The translations under genes were made by a program, and so were the position numbers. The notes under the pieces were generated by a model. It was given only the letters and a program-made list of their open reading frames with translations. It did no database searches and had not been told where the DNA came from. A stretch of 64,000 nucleotides of DNA, from assembly GCF_036321535.1 (NCBI RefSeq), contig NC_087437.1:115694001-115758000 (forward strand), given 5' to 3'. Below are positions 36,479-50,069 of this stretch, piece by piece. How positions within the stretch are numbered: the stretch's first letter is position 1; every line of letters begins with the position of its first letter. This DNA is from Camelus dromedarius. Taxonomy: Eukaryota.

Positions 36479-39223
36479 TAGGGATAGTGAAATACCTTTT
36501 CAGAGTACCATTGTAATAGGATTGATTTATGTAGCCAAAAATGAATAAGAAAGATTTAAACAAATGCTCATGGATGTGCTTCCAATTTCTATTCATCTTT
36601 TGGTGTCCTAATTCATTTTAAAAGAGATTAAAAAGATGATTAATGTATTTGTCTATCAGTACAATAGTAAAAAGTACTTCTAGTTTAAGTTGATAATATT
36701 CATTTTCTTCAGAAAGATTCAGTCTTACATTTTCACGTTGATTCCAGTCCATTCTTTTAAAAAATGTGATTTTTACTGATGTTGAAAAAGGGACAAAATA
36801 AAACCAACTGGGTTAATGTCGTAAGAAAGGTGGGGCTGACAAAATTACATCAGCAGGGGACAGTGGAGCCCCGGTGATTTGTGATGTCACTTTAACTCCG
36901 TGAAGTGTGACCGTGACTCTGAGACCAATTTTTCATGGATTGTGTTTCAGGCTTTGCAAGCAGAGGATGCAGAAATTTATTTGCTTCATAAAAAAGATTA
37001 AAAATGAAAACTGTAAAAATATTCAACTCTAATAAAGGAAAACAGGAATGACGAATGTACGTTTACCATGCCCGTAAGGTTTAGATATTACCTATCTAGG
37101 TGTATATAGAAATATAAGGTAAAAAGGAGATCTTGTCAGAAAAAAGATTCTATCACTGTGTATACAAGTTATGTTTGCTTTTCACATCAGAAAGATCATC
37201 ACAGGGTCTCCTGAGGTAGGTATCTCAGTGAGTAAAGCAACCTCTGGGAAAAAAAGACGCTTCTTTTGTCGAGCAGAGTAAAACCTGCAAAGTCCTCCAA
37301 GTTCCGATCACACGTTTTCCTCTGGGCGCGCTGGCTGTCCTGCTGTTTGCATTTGTGCTTTTGTGCCTGTATTTGTGGTATTTGCTTCATCTTGTATGCC
37401 CTTTCCCCAGTGGGATATTGCTCATCTTCCAAGAGCTAACTAATTTATTATCTCCTTTCTAAAGCGCTCTGTGACCAACCAGTCTCTAGTTGGAACTGTG
37501 AACCCAGGGCTACCATGACACTTCAGTTACACCCTATTACTGGCCTTAGCACCGCCTTTGCAGCTAATGGTGTCTGTTTCCCTCGTTGGACTGTGAATGC
37601 CTCGAGGTTTGTTTCTCTTGTTTGTCTCCATATTCCTAGCATTTAGCATAGTGCTTCAACATTGGAGTTTCCCCCCTAAATACTTGTTTTTAAGTGAAGA
37701 GAGAGGACTTAGGGAACTATAGAGAGGCAACTTAATATTATTGATTGGAAATGTCTGAAATGAATTATTGAATTAAAAGATGGCTTGTGAGACACTGGAA
37801 AAGAAAGTAGGAGATTTCTGCTTCCAGCGGTATGTCAAACTACCTAGGGAGGACCCTCGGCTAAAATACAAACTAGATACTGGAAAGTTACAAAAGCCCT
37901 TATTGTAATCAAAAGTAAGTCCAATATAAAGTAAGGGAAGTCCCATCCCTTACTTTTGCTGGGTAAGATGAAGTAAGTATAGCTTTTCTCTCTCACTGAT
38001 TGCAACCAGGACTTCTACCGCCTGCAGTCTCTGGACAGTTGTTATTAGCGGGAAGATTGGGGTACCAAAACTTGAAGAATGACTTGTTTGGGGATAAATT
38101 TCTTGTTTTTTTTTTCTCCTCTTTTATGCTCTGGATTAACCTGAGAGTGGTCCCAGGTTAGAACTGGTCAGCAGGTGCTGGCAACAGAACCTCAGAGGGA
38201 AAATCTGTCTTTCTGGCAAAGGACCAGGACAGCATGTCTGAGCAGGAGCAGGGGGTGGGGAGGCCCTGTTAAGTTCTGTCCCTCTGCACCCAGCGCTCAG
38301 GTCTTCCCTGTCTGGAGCCGGGAGGAAGGCTTTCTGGCCAGAGGACTGGGAACGAGGGACTCTGCGGACCAGAGTTTGTGGCTGTGTTTTCTTCTCTTTT
38401 CTCACTCTCCCAGAGTGACCCCGAGGCAGTGAAACTATACAGCAGTATGGGGAGAGATCCTTTTGGAGAGAGATCCGAGCAGAGGGTGTCTAGGTGACCT
38501 GGGAGGTGCAAAGGGTGGGGAATCCCAGAAAGCACAGTCCTGGAGAGAAGTCTCCCCTAATTCCGTGTATGAATTGATGCAAGTCCTGAGCTTTGCATGC
38601 CCAGGACCAAGAACAAAAAGAAAAGATGAATGGAAAGAAATGACTATGTGTTTCATAACATATAATCACACTTCTAAACAAATTCAATGAAGAAACTATA
38701 ATGGAAGTTCAATAGTACTTACTGAATCATATTGAAATTTAAAATGTCAATACATGGAAAGTAAGGAAAATGCACAGGTTTCAATGCTTACATTAGAGCA
38801 GAAAGTCGGTGCAGAATTAGAAAAAGAAAAACAGGATGAATCCATGGGCAATAGGCAATAAATATCAGTGTATAAATTAATAAATTAGAAAATATGATAT
38901 TGAGTGAAAAAGCAAGTCATATAGAATATATAAAATATGATACTTTTTTATAAAGCTAAAAGTAAGCATAAATAATATATCATTTAGGGGCACGTAGAGA
39001 AATTTTTTTTTAAGAGATCAAGGGAATGATAAAAGTAAGTAGTTATGTTGGGGTGGGGAAGGGAAGCAGAAGTAGCTGTAACAGTGATGTTCTGGCTTTT
39101 AAATTGAACAGTCAAATGAGAAGTGTTTTCTTATGCCTGTAACATATGTGGCAGACATTATTTAGTACTTGCCAAGTACTATAATCAATTAATTATAGGG
39201 AGGTATAGCTATACATATAGGTA

Positions 39224-39340
39224 GGGAGGTAATTAGGTTTTATTTACTTATTTGATTTATTTTTTAATGGAGGTACTGGGGATTGAACCCAGGACCTCAT
39301 GCATACTACGCACACACTCTACCACTGAGCTATGCCCTCC
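39224..39340 (-). mobile_element. tRNA-derived camelid SINE (Vic-1 type)
   Basis: Minus strand ggagggcaTAGCTCAGTGGtagag...gaggtcctGGGTTCAATCCccagtacctccatt, then A-rich and aacctaattacctccc: Pol III A/B boxes without an intact tRNA cloverleaf. Confidence 0.85.
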
Positions 39341-41766
39341 AACACTGCAAGTACGGTATTTTGAGAGGTCACTAATTCCATTTTTTGTTGGAGTATTAGC
39401 CTGCTTATCCTTTGTGCAAAGGCTCTTCTTGTTCTGTGTTAACCATCCATTTACTTGTGTAATATTTATTAAACGGGATCCATGCGTTGGTACGGTGACC
39501 TAGCCTCAGGGAACTTACAGTCCATCTTTTCATTCCTGCAGCAGCTCAGAATCAGGTACTGTGACTGGGACTTTCAGAAGTGAGGACCCTTGCCTGTGTT
39601 CCCTAGTAACCAAGGGCTCACGATGAGCAATATCAGACGGGGTGCCTCGGGCCTTCACAATGTATGGTGGGGGGAAGGGGAAGGGAGGGCGGCTTGGTGC
39701 ATCCGGGGCCTGACCTCCGTCCGTGGTCCCTTGGGATCTGTGCTCTAGCGGATGGAATTAAACAGAAATGCATGATTGTGTCTCCCACGTTTGAACTTGT
39801 TTTTCATGCATTTTTATTTCCTTGACAGTGAGTCAGAAATTGAGTCTCTGGGAAGTAGGATACTACCCTACATCGCCTCCTTGACTGCTTTCTGTGCAGA
39901 TCACCCTGGGAAATTCACAACGGAGAGGCACTGTAGAGGTGGGCAAGGCTAAATCAGGGAGGGGGACGTGGCATCTAAGGCCTGTGCTATGAGTGATGGT
40001 CCTCGTTTTGTCCTTATTCTTCATTATCATTGTCATCGTCATCATGTACTATTCCTAAGTAGTTACTTTGAGCTGGGGCTTTCCTGCGCCTTTTACCTTG
40101 CTTCCTTTTTTTCTGAGGTACAGTCAGTTACAATGTGTCAATCTCTGGTGTACAGCATAATGTCCCTGTCATGCATATGCACACATATATTCGTTTTCAT
40201 ATTCTTACCTTTTTATTTCATTCAGTCCTTATAACAGCCCCACGCGCCCGTGCTATTATTCCCTATTTTACGGATGTGGGAACTGAGGTGTAGAGACCAT
40301 TCACGTCATACCTCTGGGGAATCTGGCCCCACAATCTCAAAAGAAACAGGTAGACGTGGAGTGGAGCAGGTGCCATTGCAAGGCAGCGCTGGGGCAAGTG
40401 ACTAGAGGAGGAAGGGCTTCCTGGAGTGCTCGCAGGGCCAGGCGCACCTTGGACTTTGTGCTTGAGGAGGCTCCTTAATTTCCGTAGCAGCGTTGCCTGG
40501 TTTATTTCCCCAAAGCCCAAAGGGGTATCTGTGTGTGTATCTTTAAAAAATGATTGCCTTTCATAATTTCTCCACTGAGAACACTCTCTGGTTGGAACTC
40601 TGGTTAATCTTCCAAGAGTTTAACTTGCATGGGAGTGAATAGAAACAGCCCATCTTTTTGGTGGGTTTCCATTCCTTGAGTCAGACTGTGTTAGAAGTAA
40701 GGAGTGGAGAGGGAGGGAGAGTTTGCTGGTGGTGGTGAACTAAAATCCCTGGAAGGCAGGAAACCAAACTGAGGCCCAGCTGAGGGACTCACATGCACTG
40801 AGCAAACACAGGTCGGGCCCTGCGAGATGGAGATTTAACAGGCAAAGCCCTATTTTTAGATTCGCAGTGACAAATTATGACGGGAGATGTTTTGTGCTGA
40901 ATACCAATGTGATGAAAGCCATCCTCAAGAGAGAGCCCCCTGGATAAAGCCAGAAGTATTCACTCAGAGATAGAAAATGCATCAAAATTGACTGGAGAAT
41001 ATAATTCCAATAAAATAAGAAGGATAGAAACCACCCTCACCACATTGGAATACTGTAAAATTAATTTATGTTGCCAATATTCAGAAACAATTGACTACAG
41101 ACGTTTTGCCTTTTTATTTCAAATGCCAGGCTACATGATGTAATGTTTTCCTTTACTCCTTGTTCTCATTCTCAATAAAAACTGCACTGAATTAGCACAG
41201 TAATAAAGCATTCTGCACTTACGTTTATAGGTCTTCATGTGGGAGAACAATGTTGGTGATTTATCAAGCCCAGTGTCAGAAAGAAGCAGTATAGAGCAAT
41301 CTCTTCCATAATGTAATAATGATTTTAATTCAGTAGGCTCAGCCAACTGCTGATCATTTAAATAACAAGCCCTGCCTTGTGCTCAGGTTAAAAACCCCTC
41401 CAATAAACAGCATGCTTCTTCTGTTACCGAAATATTGGAGGGCCATTGAGGTTCACCTCTGGCTACACACAAAAATATTGAAATGTGCATTTTTTTAATG
41501 TCTAAAAAAAAGACCTTCTACGTGTGTACCCCTAGTCCTACTCTCACCAGAGTGGCTGATAAATTCGTAAATCAAATATTGAATTAAGTAATAAACATTA
41601 TTTATTGGGTGTTTATTGTATGTCAGGCACTGAATGCTTTTATATGCATCAACCAACTGACAACATCTTACAACAGCCCTCTTTGCTGGATGATGCTACG
41701 ATATCTACATTACATATAAGCAAACTAAGGGAAAGAGAGGTTAAGTACCTTTTCTGGGTCACACAG

Positions 41767-42137
41767 TTTTATGTACTGAATTGTATGCCTCCAAAATTCC
41801 AATGTTGAAGTCTAATCCCCTAATGTGACTGGATTTGGAAATAGGAACTATAGGGAGGGACTTAAGGTTAAATGAAGTCACCTAATCTAATAGGGCTGGT
41901 GTCCCTGTGGGAGGAAGAAATACCAGGGAGCTTTCACTCTTTCCACGTGTCCATACGTGTTCCATGAGGGCACAGAAGGTAGCCGTCTACAAGCCGAGAA
42001 GAGAGACCCCACCAGAAACCCACCCTGATGGCTCCTTGATTTTGGACTTCTATCCTTCAGAACAATGAGAAAATAAATTTCTGTTGGACAAGCCACCCAA
42101 TCTGTGATATTTTGTTATGGCAGCCCGAGCAGACTAG
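41767..42137 (+). mobile_element. MaLR solo LTR (MLT1-like) inserted into a minus-strand MIR (about 41590-41766 and 42138-42212)
   Basis: gtactgaattgtatgcctccaaaattc...aaataaatttctgttg...ttttgttatggcagccc; MIR core gcaaactaagggaaagagaggttaagtac on the left and ggctccagagcctatgccctcaac on the right. Confidence 0.8.
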
Positions 42138-42240
42138 TAGCAGAGGAGTGGAACCAGGGTGCTAATGTAAGGAGTCAGGCTCCAGAGCCTATGCCCTCAA
42201 CTGCCACACTATTATTTCCACTTTTGAAAAAGGGGCCATG

Positions 42241-43120
42241 TGTTGATTGTGATCTTCATAACTCCTATAAATGCCTTATACTTAAATTTACAGAATAACG
42301 TGGAGTGTGGATGAAGCATCATGGCCAAAGTGATGCCGCCACTAGGTGATGTAACTTGGCTGCCAACTGGTCCCTGCTCACCGTTTGTCTTACCTGTGTT
42401 TCCACTCTCTCCTACCTACCATTTTTTCCCAGCAGCTCTCCTAAGCCTGTCCACTCTTACCTTGTCTTCCACACAAATATGCTTGTTCTCCACTAACTCT
42501 GGACTACTGGCTACCATCTTCAGAACCTTGCTTGGAGACACTAAGCAACCTTGATGCTTTTTTTAAAGAAAGCATGAGAGACCCTCAAGTCAGGCCACAA
42601 CCTGCAGGATGCTTCTATGCTTCTTCAGTCTCTCCCATTCTATATTTGTATCTCTCTTCTCCAATGGTTCCCAGTTCCCAACAAGCTCCATATTTATCTT
42701 TGACTCTATCCTACCAACAGTTTTGGCGTTATTACACCAAGAAGTCTGCTGAGGAACTGTTTTTACAAGACTCGGACCTCAAAGCAGAAGACCAGATATT
42801 CTTCCAGTTGAAAGAAGAAACCCCAGGTGACTTTCTAAGAAACCCCCAGTATGTACCAGTAGGTAGTGCTAACCAATCACAGACTGCCCAGGGAGCTTGA
42901 AAACCCACCAGAAAGCGTCCCTGCTTCCAACAGCTCTATAACAAAACATGCACCAATCACTGACTCATTTTCACTCCTTTTACTCTATAAAATCCGCCCC
43001 TTCAAAGTTCTATGAGTTTCTACTGGAAGGAATGAGTTAGTAGCAGATTGTCCCTTATGGTCTGAATAAACCACCTTTTGTTAATAGTACAGGTGGCCTT
43101 GGTCCTTTTCACCGTCAACC
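42241..43120 (+). mobile_element. Probable ERV LTR, family not identified
   Basis: Imperfect inverted termini tgttgattgtga / tcaccgtcaacc; two CCAATCAC, TATAAAA at about 42987 and AATAAA at 43065 in LTR order. Confidence 0.55.
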
Positions 43121-43544
43121 ACAAACCTATAAGGTAAAATTAAAAAGTGCAGTTCTTTTTAATCTTGGGCTATTTCCACTGAGGTAGTACCATCAAAGTA
43201 GTGAGTTCAAAAGCTATTGAATTCATTCTTTTTTCTATGTGGCCGTGTTATCTGTTTTATATCTAGTTCGGTTCATTTGTTTCTAATTGTAATTCCTTTC
43301 AGGATTTGCTTTTGTCATCTTTTTTTTTTCTTAAAAAAAAAAAAAGACACTGTAAACCATTTAAATAGTCCAAAAATTAGGCCAGCATAAAAAGATATAT
43401 TCAGAAACGTCTCATTCCCATCTCTACTCTTTCTATCCCATTTCTGCCCACCTCCTGTATGTGGCCCTTTTCATGAATTTCTGCCTTACTCTTCCTGTGT
43501 TTCCTTTTGTAATAATAAGCAAACATAGATATACACACATTCTT

Positions 43545-44138
43545 TTTTTCCCCCTTGTTTGCATTTTTAAAAATTGAAGTATAGTCGATTTACAATGTTG
43601 TGTTAGTTCCTGGTGTACAGCATAGTGATTCAGTTATACATGTGTGTATGCATGTAAATAGATATATAGATTCCTTTTCTTATTCTTTTTCATTATGGGC
43701 TGTTGCAAGATATTGAATATAGTTCCCTGTGCTCTACAGTAGAAACCTGTGTTTCTTTATTTTATATTTGGTAGTTAGTATCTTCAAATCCCTAACTCCT
43801 AATTTATCCCCCCATCCACTTTTCCCAATGGTAACTTTAAGTTTGTTTTCTATGTCTGTGAGTCTGTTTGTTTTGTAAATAAATTCACTTGTGTTATTTA
43901 AAAAATTCCGCATGTAAGTGATACCATATAGTATTCTTCTTTCTCTTGCTGGCTTACTTCACTAAGTAGGACAGTCTCCAGTTCCAATCATGTTGCTGCA
44001 AATGGCATTATTTGATTCCTTTTTAATGGCTGAGTAGTATTCTATTGTATATATTTGCCACATCTTCTTTATCCAGTCATCTGTCGATGGACATTTAGGT
44101 TACTTCCCTGTCCTGGCTATTGAACACTAAGATGCATG
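43545..44138 (-). mobile_element. 5'-truncated lineage-specific L1
   Basis: Homologous to 8830-9412; flanked by tacacacattctt (43532-43544) and tacacactttctt (44139-44151), a 12/13 target-site duplication. Confidence 0.9.
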
Positions 44139-44799
44139 TACACACTTTCTTATTTCTCATTTTGACTCTATGGAGCAAATATATTTTAGGACAAGAAGCT
44201 GTATGATGATTTCCTTCTACTAAAGTAATGTGGAATCTCTGGGTGTGCTCATTTCCTTTTATCATAGGATCCCCAATGATATAGTGGCACTGACCCCTGG
44301 GAGCTGGAGGCAGACAGGCCCAGGTTTGAGTCTGGGCTGCCCGGGGTCTCAGTGTGGCCTGGATAGGCTGCTTAATGACCCTTACTCCTCACCTGTCACA
44401 CTGGGATAATGACCAGAGTAAAGGTATGACAGCATCTACAAGAAAGTTCACCTGTGAAAGTGTTAACGTTGGGCTCTGCCTGAGGACGTCGCTGGCAATT
44501 CTCTTAGTTCCCTTCCTTCCCTTGGTCAAATATAAAAGCTGACCTTGCTTGTAGAATTAGACGCATTGGTCAATAGCAGTTGTCCCGTACATCAAGTGTT
44601 TTGTCACATGTTGATTTTTTTCCAATGGGATAAAACCCTACAGGGAAAGATCTGGAGATGGCATGTTGCATCTTCCAGTTGATGTCAGGGTTTACTTCAT
44701 GCCTTATTGTGCTGTGAACACTTCAAAATATTCTTTGATGCTTGGTGTTTGAAGTGTCACTCATCTCTTCAATGTCCCCCGTTATTCTGCATTTTTTAG

Positions 44800-44958
44800 G
44801 CAGTGGTTCTTAACTTGTTTTAGTTGAGGACCCTTTTGGGAATCTTGGGAAACTCATTGATCCTCTCGTCTTAAAAATGCGCATACATTCAAAAGTTTGC
44901 AAATGGTCGGGTGCTCAGGAACTCACTGAAGCTCGTGGAATCCCAGGTTCAGACAACA
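44800..44958. mobile_element. hAT-Charlie MITE-like remnant
   Basis: Begins cagtggttcttaac and ends cccaggttcagacaac, resembling MER5-class termini. Confidence 0.45.
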
Positions 44959-45339
44959 CGAAGAGAAGCAAAATCAAAAGAATAAAACAATGCTGCTTTT
45001 AGGGAAGGTGTGTGCATGCATGTGAGGACGAAGAAGTTTAAGGAAAAACAGAGAATAGGAAGGGAGAGTTTAGCTAAACTGCAGCTGGGTTGTAAGCAGC
45101 TCACGTGCTTCCCCAGTGGCCACTGCTCACCCTTCTGGCATCTTCCTCACCGAATTGCAATTGTCCATATTTGTTTATACCTTATCAAGTCTAGGGGCAG
45201 GGGTTCCTTTGGGCAGCTCTGTCTTGGCTACCGCTTTATCTCCATCGCCTACTATAGTGTTTGGCAACAGTGGTTGGTAATATGTCCAATAAATATTTGT
45301 TAGTGGCTAACAATAAAGGAACCCAGGTGATAGTAATTT

Positions 45340-46950
45340 GTTTAGTCATTCATCACATATTTATTGAGGGCCTATTATGTGTCTGGCATTCTGGCAGATT
45401 CTGAGAGTCAAAAGATGACATGGTCCCTGGGTTCACTGGATTTATAGTCTACTGAAAATGGAATAAACATCTAAATAAAAGCAAAATTAAAACTCTAATC
45501 AATGCAGTGAAGAAAAGGCAGATTCTTCTATAAAACCATAACGAAGGAACTGCACTTGGTTTGGTGTGGGAATTAGTGAAAGTGTCCCTGAAGGTGTGGC
45601 ATTTTGGGCTAAGACTTGAAGGACGAGGAAGGGGATGAGTGAGGTGGGGATGAGTGCACTGTAGTCAAGGAAACAGCACTGGCAGAGGAAGGTTCTGTTG
45701 TAGGAGGGTGTCTCAGAAGCTGAAAGACTAGTGTGTTTGGGATGTAGGTGAGGGGAGCTTGGTACCAAATGAAAATATTGCTCTAGCTACAGAGGGAAAA
45801 ATGACTTGGAGGAGGGCAAAGTTCATGTGGGGAGGATATCGAGAAAGCTGCTTCAATGGCACAAAGAAGAAATTATGGTTATCAGAACTAGAGAAGAATC
45901 AGTGGAGATGGGGAGGCTGAAATACACTGGAGATAAGTTTAGGAGGCCAAATGGATGGACCTCTGTCGTGAGAGTGAGTTAGAAGGAAAAGCCAAGAATG
46001 AAGCCCAGATTTCCAGCTCAGGCAATGAGCTGGATGCTGGTGCCACTGGGAATCTTGAGTACAGGAAAATAGTGTGTTTAGTTTGGAGGAATGTTCATTT
46101 TATTGTGACTTTAAGATATGCAAGAATATTGAGGAGGTCATTGGGATAACCAGGTCTCAAATCCAAGGGTTGTGTATATACATCAGGATGTCAGCGACAT
46201 ATGGATGGAATTGAAGCCTGGGGGCAGATGAGATTGTCAAGAGAAGGGTATGCGATGAGAGAAACAGGATGAGAATAAGCTTTGTGAAGACTTAACATTT
46301 GATGAATGGCGAAGGATGAGCTCGCCCAGGATGTTGACAGAGAGAGTGGCCAGAGAGATAGGAGGAAAGCCAAAGGGTGGAAGGTTGCAGAAGCCTTGGG
46401 AGGGGAATGTTTCAAGAAGGGCAGGTGGTTAACAGTGCCCAAAACTGAGGAGGTAAAACCCAAACTGAAAAGTATACACTGGGTTTCAGACATGGTGGTC
46501 ATTGTCAGCTTAGTAAGAGCTGAAGGGTAAAAGAGCCAGTGAAGGGGTTTGAGAAGTGGGTCTGAGGTGAGGAAATGGGCTGAGTGAATTTAGGAAAGTT
46601 TTTCAAAAATCTGATCATGAATATGAGAGAAAGGATACTCAGCAAGGGATATGGGACTGAGTGAGTTTTTAAAGACATGAGACACCTGACCACGTTCAAA
46701 TACTGTTGGAAAAGGCCCTGGTTGGGTGGGCAGGGCTCGACCTCCAGGTAGGAGAAGAGGTGGTCGGTAGCTAGTGGTTCTGGAGAGATGAGCAAAGCTG
46801 GGAAGTCAGGGTGGACGGACCCCTCTGTCCTCACAGCTCATGGATGTTGGTCCAGGTAGATTTGTGATGTGTTGGCAAAGGGTTGAGGGAATTTCTGTCT
46901 GGAAGTCCCTGTTTTCTTTGTGAAGGAGGAAGTGGGTGGGGGAAGATCTG
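45340..46950 (-). mobile_element. L2 LINE fragment
   Basis: tcattcatcacatatttattgagggcctattatgtgtctggca is the reverse complement of the L2 3' end, followed by purine-rich L2 body. Confidence 0.7.
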
Positions 46951-48770
46951 AAATTTTCTGTGGAGAGTGGGAGAGTGGGTTGATCAGACAAACAAAGGAG
47001 GATTAAGACAGGAAGGTAATCATGAATTTGCAGTGAATATTTGTTGCCTATATCCCCTTCTTACAAGTACTCAGAGTTTTACTAGGTGCACTCCTCCGTG
47101 ACAGACCGTGAACTTTTGGGTCCCACTGGGCTTAAGCTTATTGACCGTCTCAGTTTTCTTGGCCACAGTCATTGGTTCCAGAAAAAAAATGAGGTTCACT
47201 CAATGGTTCATTCAGGATGAATTTAAGACCGTTGCACAGAGTGATGGACAGAAGGGAGCTCTCCCCCATGATTGGGAGCCAGGGCACATACAGCCCTCCT
47301 GGCTGCTGGTGGCCGTATTGGGGCTCTGAGAGCAGGGAGACAGGAAAAGGTGAACGGGAGCAGATGCCTTATCTGTCCATGGACTTTGCACTTATGAGAG
47401 GCAACAGACCTCATGAGCATTCTAGCTTGGTTGTCTTCAGCGTCCTAAAACTGTCTGTCTAACCTTGGCACCAAATTGCCCTGATGTGTTGGTTCCCTTT
47501 TCCAGCCAGATTGCTAAGGTTTTCGCTGTGCTCTCTGTTGGTCAAGGACACAACACTTTAGAGCTGATTCCTGCAGTCTGAATTTTCATGGAGGGACACA
47601 TGATCACGCAGAGGGAAAATCTTTGGGAATGGTCTCAAATGCAGTTTTATTCCTGGTGATCTCAGGCTGTCCCTGGCTGCCCTGTGTCTTCCCACCCACC
47701 CAGTAAAAGCTTTTCCTAGCTTCGTGGGCTGGGTGGGGAGAGGCTGGACCCACGCTCTCAGCTTTGACACACTAAATTACACTTTAAGGCCAAAGTTGCA
47801 ACCGTGGCCTGGAAAGCAGAACTTTCATTAACAGAGAAAAACTTGGTTGGGATAAAATATAAAGGATTTGGGAGTTCCAGAAGCCACGGCTATGAGAATT
47901 GAAGCCTTCTTGTACCACTGGGCCATCAGGAACTGTGAAACCAGCTGGGGAGAGGGATGGAGTGGAGGTATTGGTAGGGGTGCTGTGAGCAGGGTTTGCA
48001 TACTGCCAGGATTTTCAAGAAGCGGCCCAGAATCCCCTGCCCTGGGCCTGACCTAAGTGTGGGAAGAGGGCCGAGATGAAAGGGCCCCAGAGAGTTTGAG
48101 GGGGAGCCATCAGCACTTGGGCCCTTTTCCTTGGTGCTGGCAGATCTCAGGCAACGCAGAGCAGCCTGGGGTTGGCTGGGCTCCGGAGCAGCCTGGCGGC
48201 GGGGGCTGGACAAGCGCGGAGAGAGGAGTGTCCTGCAGCGGTGTGGGGCGGGCCCCAGAGTGGCTGGGCGTGGGTGTGCACGTGTGCACCGTGTGTACAT
48301 GCAAGTGCCTGTGTTTGCTGGTGTGCAGGCAGGAGTGTGTGTGGGCAGGAGTTCCCACATCCTGCCAGCGACAGGGTGGAGGTGCTGGTGGGCCCAGTGG
48401 GGAGAGGCACACGGGGACCTGGTGCGCACCTGGATCATACACAAAGATGTCATGTGATACCCCGAGGACCTTGGGGGGAGCAGCAAGGAGACAGAATGTG
48501 CTTGGGCCATATCCCCCATCCCTTGTGCCAAAATGATGGATAACTCACCCGAATTCAGATTGCTCCTAGGGTGGCAGAGGGGGAATATCTCAAATGGTAG
48601 TTTAGATCTGAATTAACTGCATTTAAAGTTAGAAGTGACTAAGTTACCTTTTCATGGGCAAATTTAAGGCTTCCCCCACCCCTTTTTGTACTAGGGAGCA
48701 GAAAGGGAGCTTAAGAGTTAATTTCAGTTGTAGAGAAAGTCAGTTGTGACTCTACTTGTCTGAGTGTTGC

Positions 48771-49289
48771 TGTCATAGGGAAGAACAAGTCTGACTCCAT
48801 ATCACACCTGTTCCTTTAGCTCTAACCCTGGGCTCCGTCTCCTGTGCTGAGTCATGCTGGTTCTGTACCTTTTGTAAAAGAATGTCGCCGAAAGCCTGAA
48901 ATCTACAGGAGAGCCCGTTCTCAAGGCTCTGACATTTAAGGGCAGAACACTTTTCCATTCGTATAGAGATAAAAAGTTGCAGAACAGAGACATTTGTCTT
49001 GTTGGAGGTTTACAGGGACTTCGTGACCTGACCCATGTGGACAGCTGCAAGAACCAAGGATTCTGACACCAAGAAGTTTGCAACATCCAACCACAGCCCC
49101 TCCTCTTTCTAGTATAAAAGGAGCCTGAATTCTGACTTGGGTAAGATAGTTCTCCAGGATTTTAGTCCTCCATCTTCTTGGTCTGCCAACTTTCTGAACA
49201 AAGTCGTTATTCCTTGCCCCAGCACCTCGTCTCCTGATTTACTGGCCTGTCGTGCGGTGAGCAGAATAACGAGTTTGGATGCAGTAACA
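48771..49289 (+). mobile_element. ERV1-type solo LTR, copy 2
   Basis: TGTCATAGGG...CAGTAACA; aligned along its length with copies 1 and 3; TATAAAA at 49113-49119; target duplication not clean. Confidence 0.9.
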
Positions 49290-50069
49290 GTGTGTTTATA
49301 AAATTATTAACTCTCCTTGAACATATTTTTAAAAGTTGGCTTAAAATGCTTAGAATCCCTCCTTCCCAAATAAAATGAAAAACGACATGTATAACTAAAA
49401 TGCCTCATCTTGGAGGGAAAAATAAAGTTTGTGATCCTGAGAATGCCCTCCGGTGAGTTTACGAAGTTTAGAAAAGCTTAGGTGATTCTATTAGTCTTGC
49501 ATAGTTGAACATTAACATCTTATTTCAGTTGACTTTAAGAGTCTAGTGAAAAAAAGACTTCCAAGTTTTGAGTTTGAGAATTAGAACAATGTAGACATAT
49601 GGGGCTGGGGTGTAGTTTTGGCAAGAGATGTAGGATCTTTTTGATAGGTAAAGGATGTCCAGATGGACAATTCCCTGGACCTGTGCACTCTCGTCCCACC
49701 ACAGTAATTCACTGGTGTTAGAAGCATGTATTGCGGCTTCAAGAAGACTAACATTTACATGCACCACTGACTACATTGCTTTTGTGGCAATCAAGCATTA
49801 CAAATGCTGAAGTGAACTCTAGCTGGTGATCTCAGCCTACCTGTCCAGCTTTTTATAAAACCCCAAAACTCGTGGAAACACAGCTGTGGGCAGGCAACAG
49901 ATTGGTGATTATGTCCTCTAAAAATCAATTAAGTGACCTTGGAGCTCCTACTATGTGCAAGCTCATTGGGTTGGCTCTGTAGCTGACCCTGCCAACCAGC
50001 AACTAGGTCCTCCTGGCCGTCAAGACCCTCTTATGGGGCTCCAGGGTCCTCTGTCTACACCCTCTTCAC

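Noticed and set aside
39268..39340. tRNA gene on the minus strand
   Set aside because: A and B boxes are present, but the stems are degenerate and it continues into a SINE tail.
47926..48543. Cluster of ORFs up to 201 aa in several frames
   Set aside because: GC/GT-rich low-complexity DNA that is open on both strands; no homology recognised.
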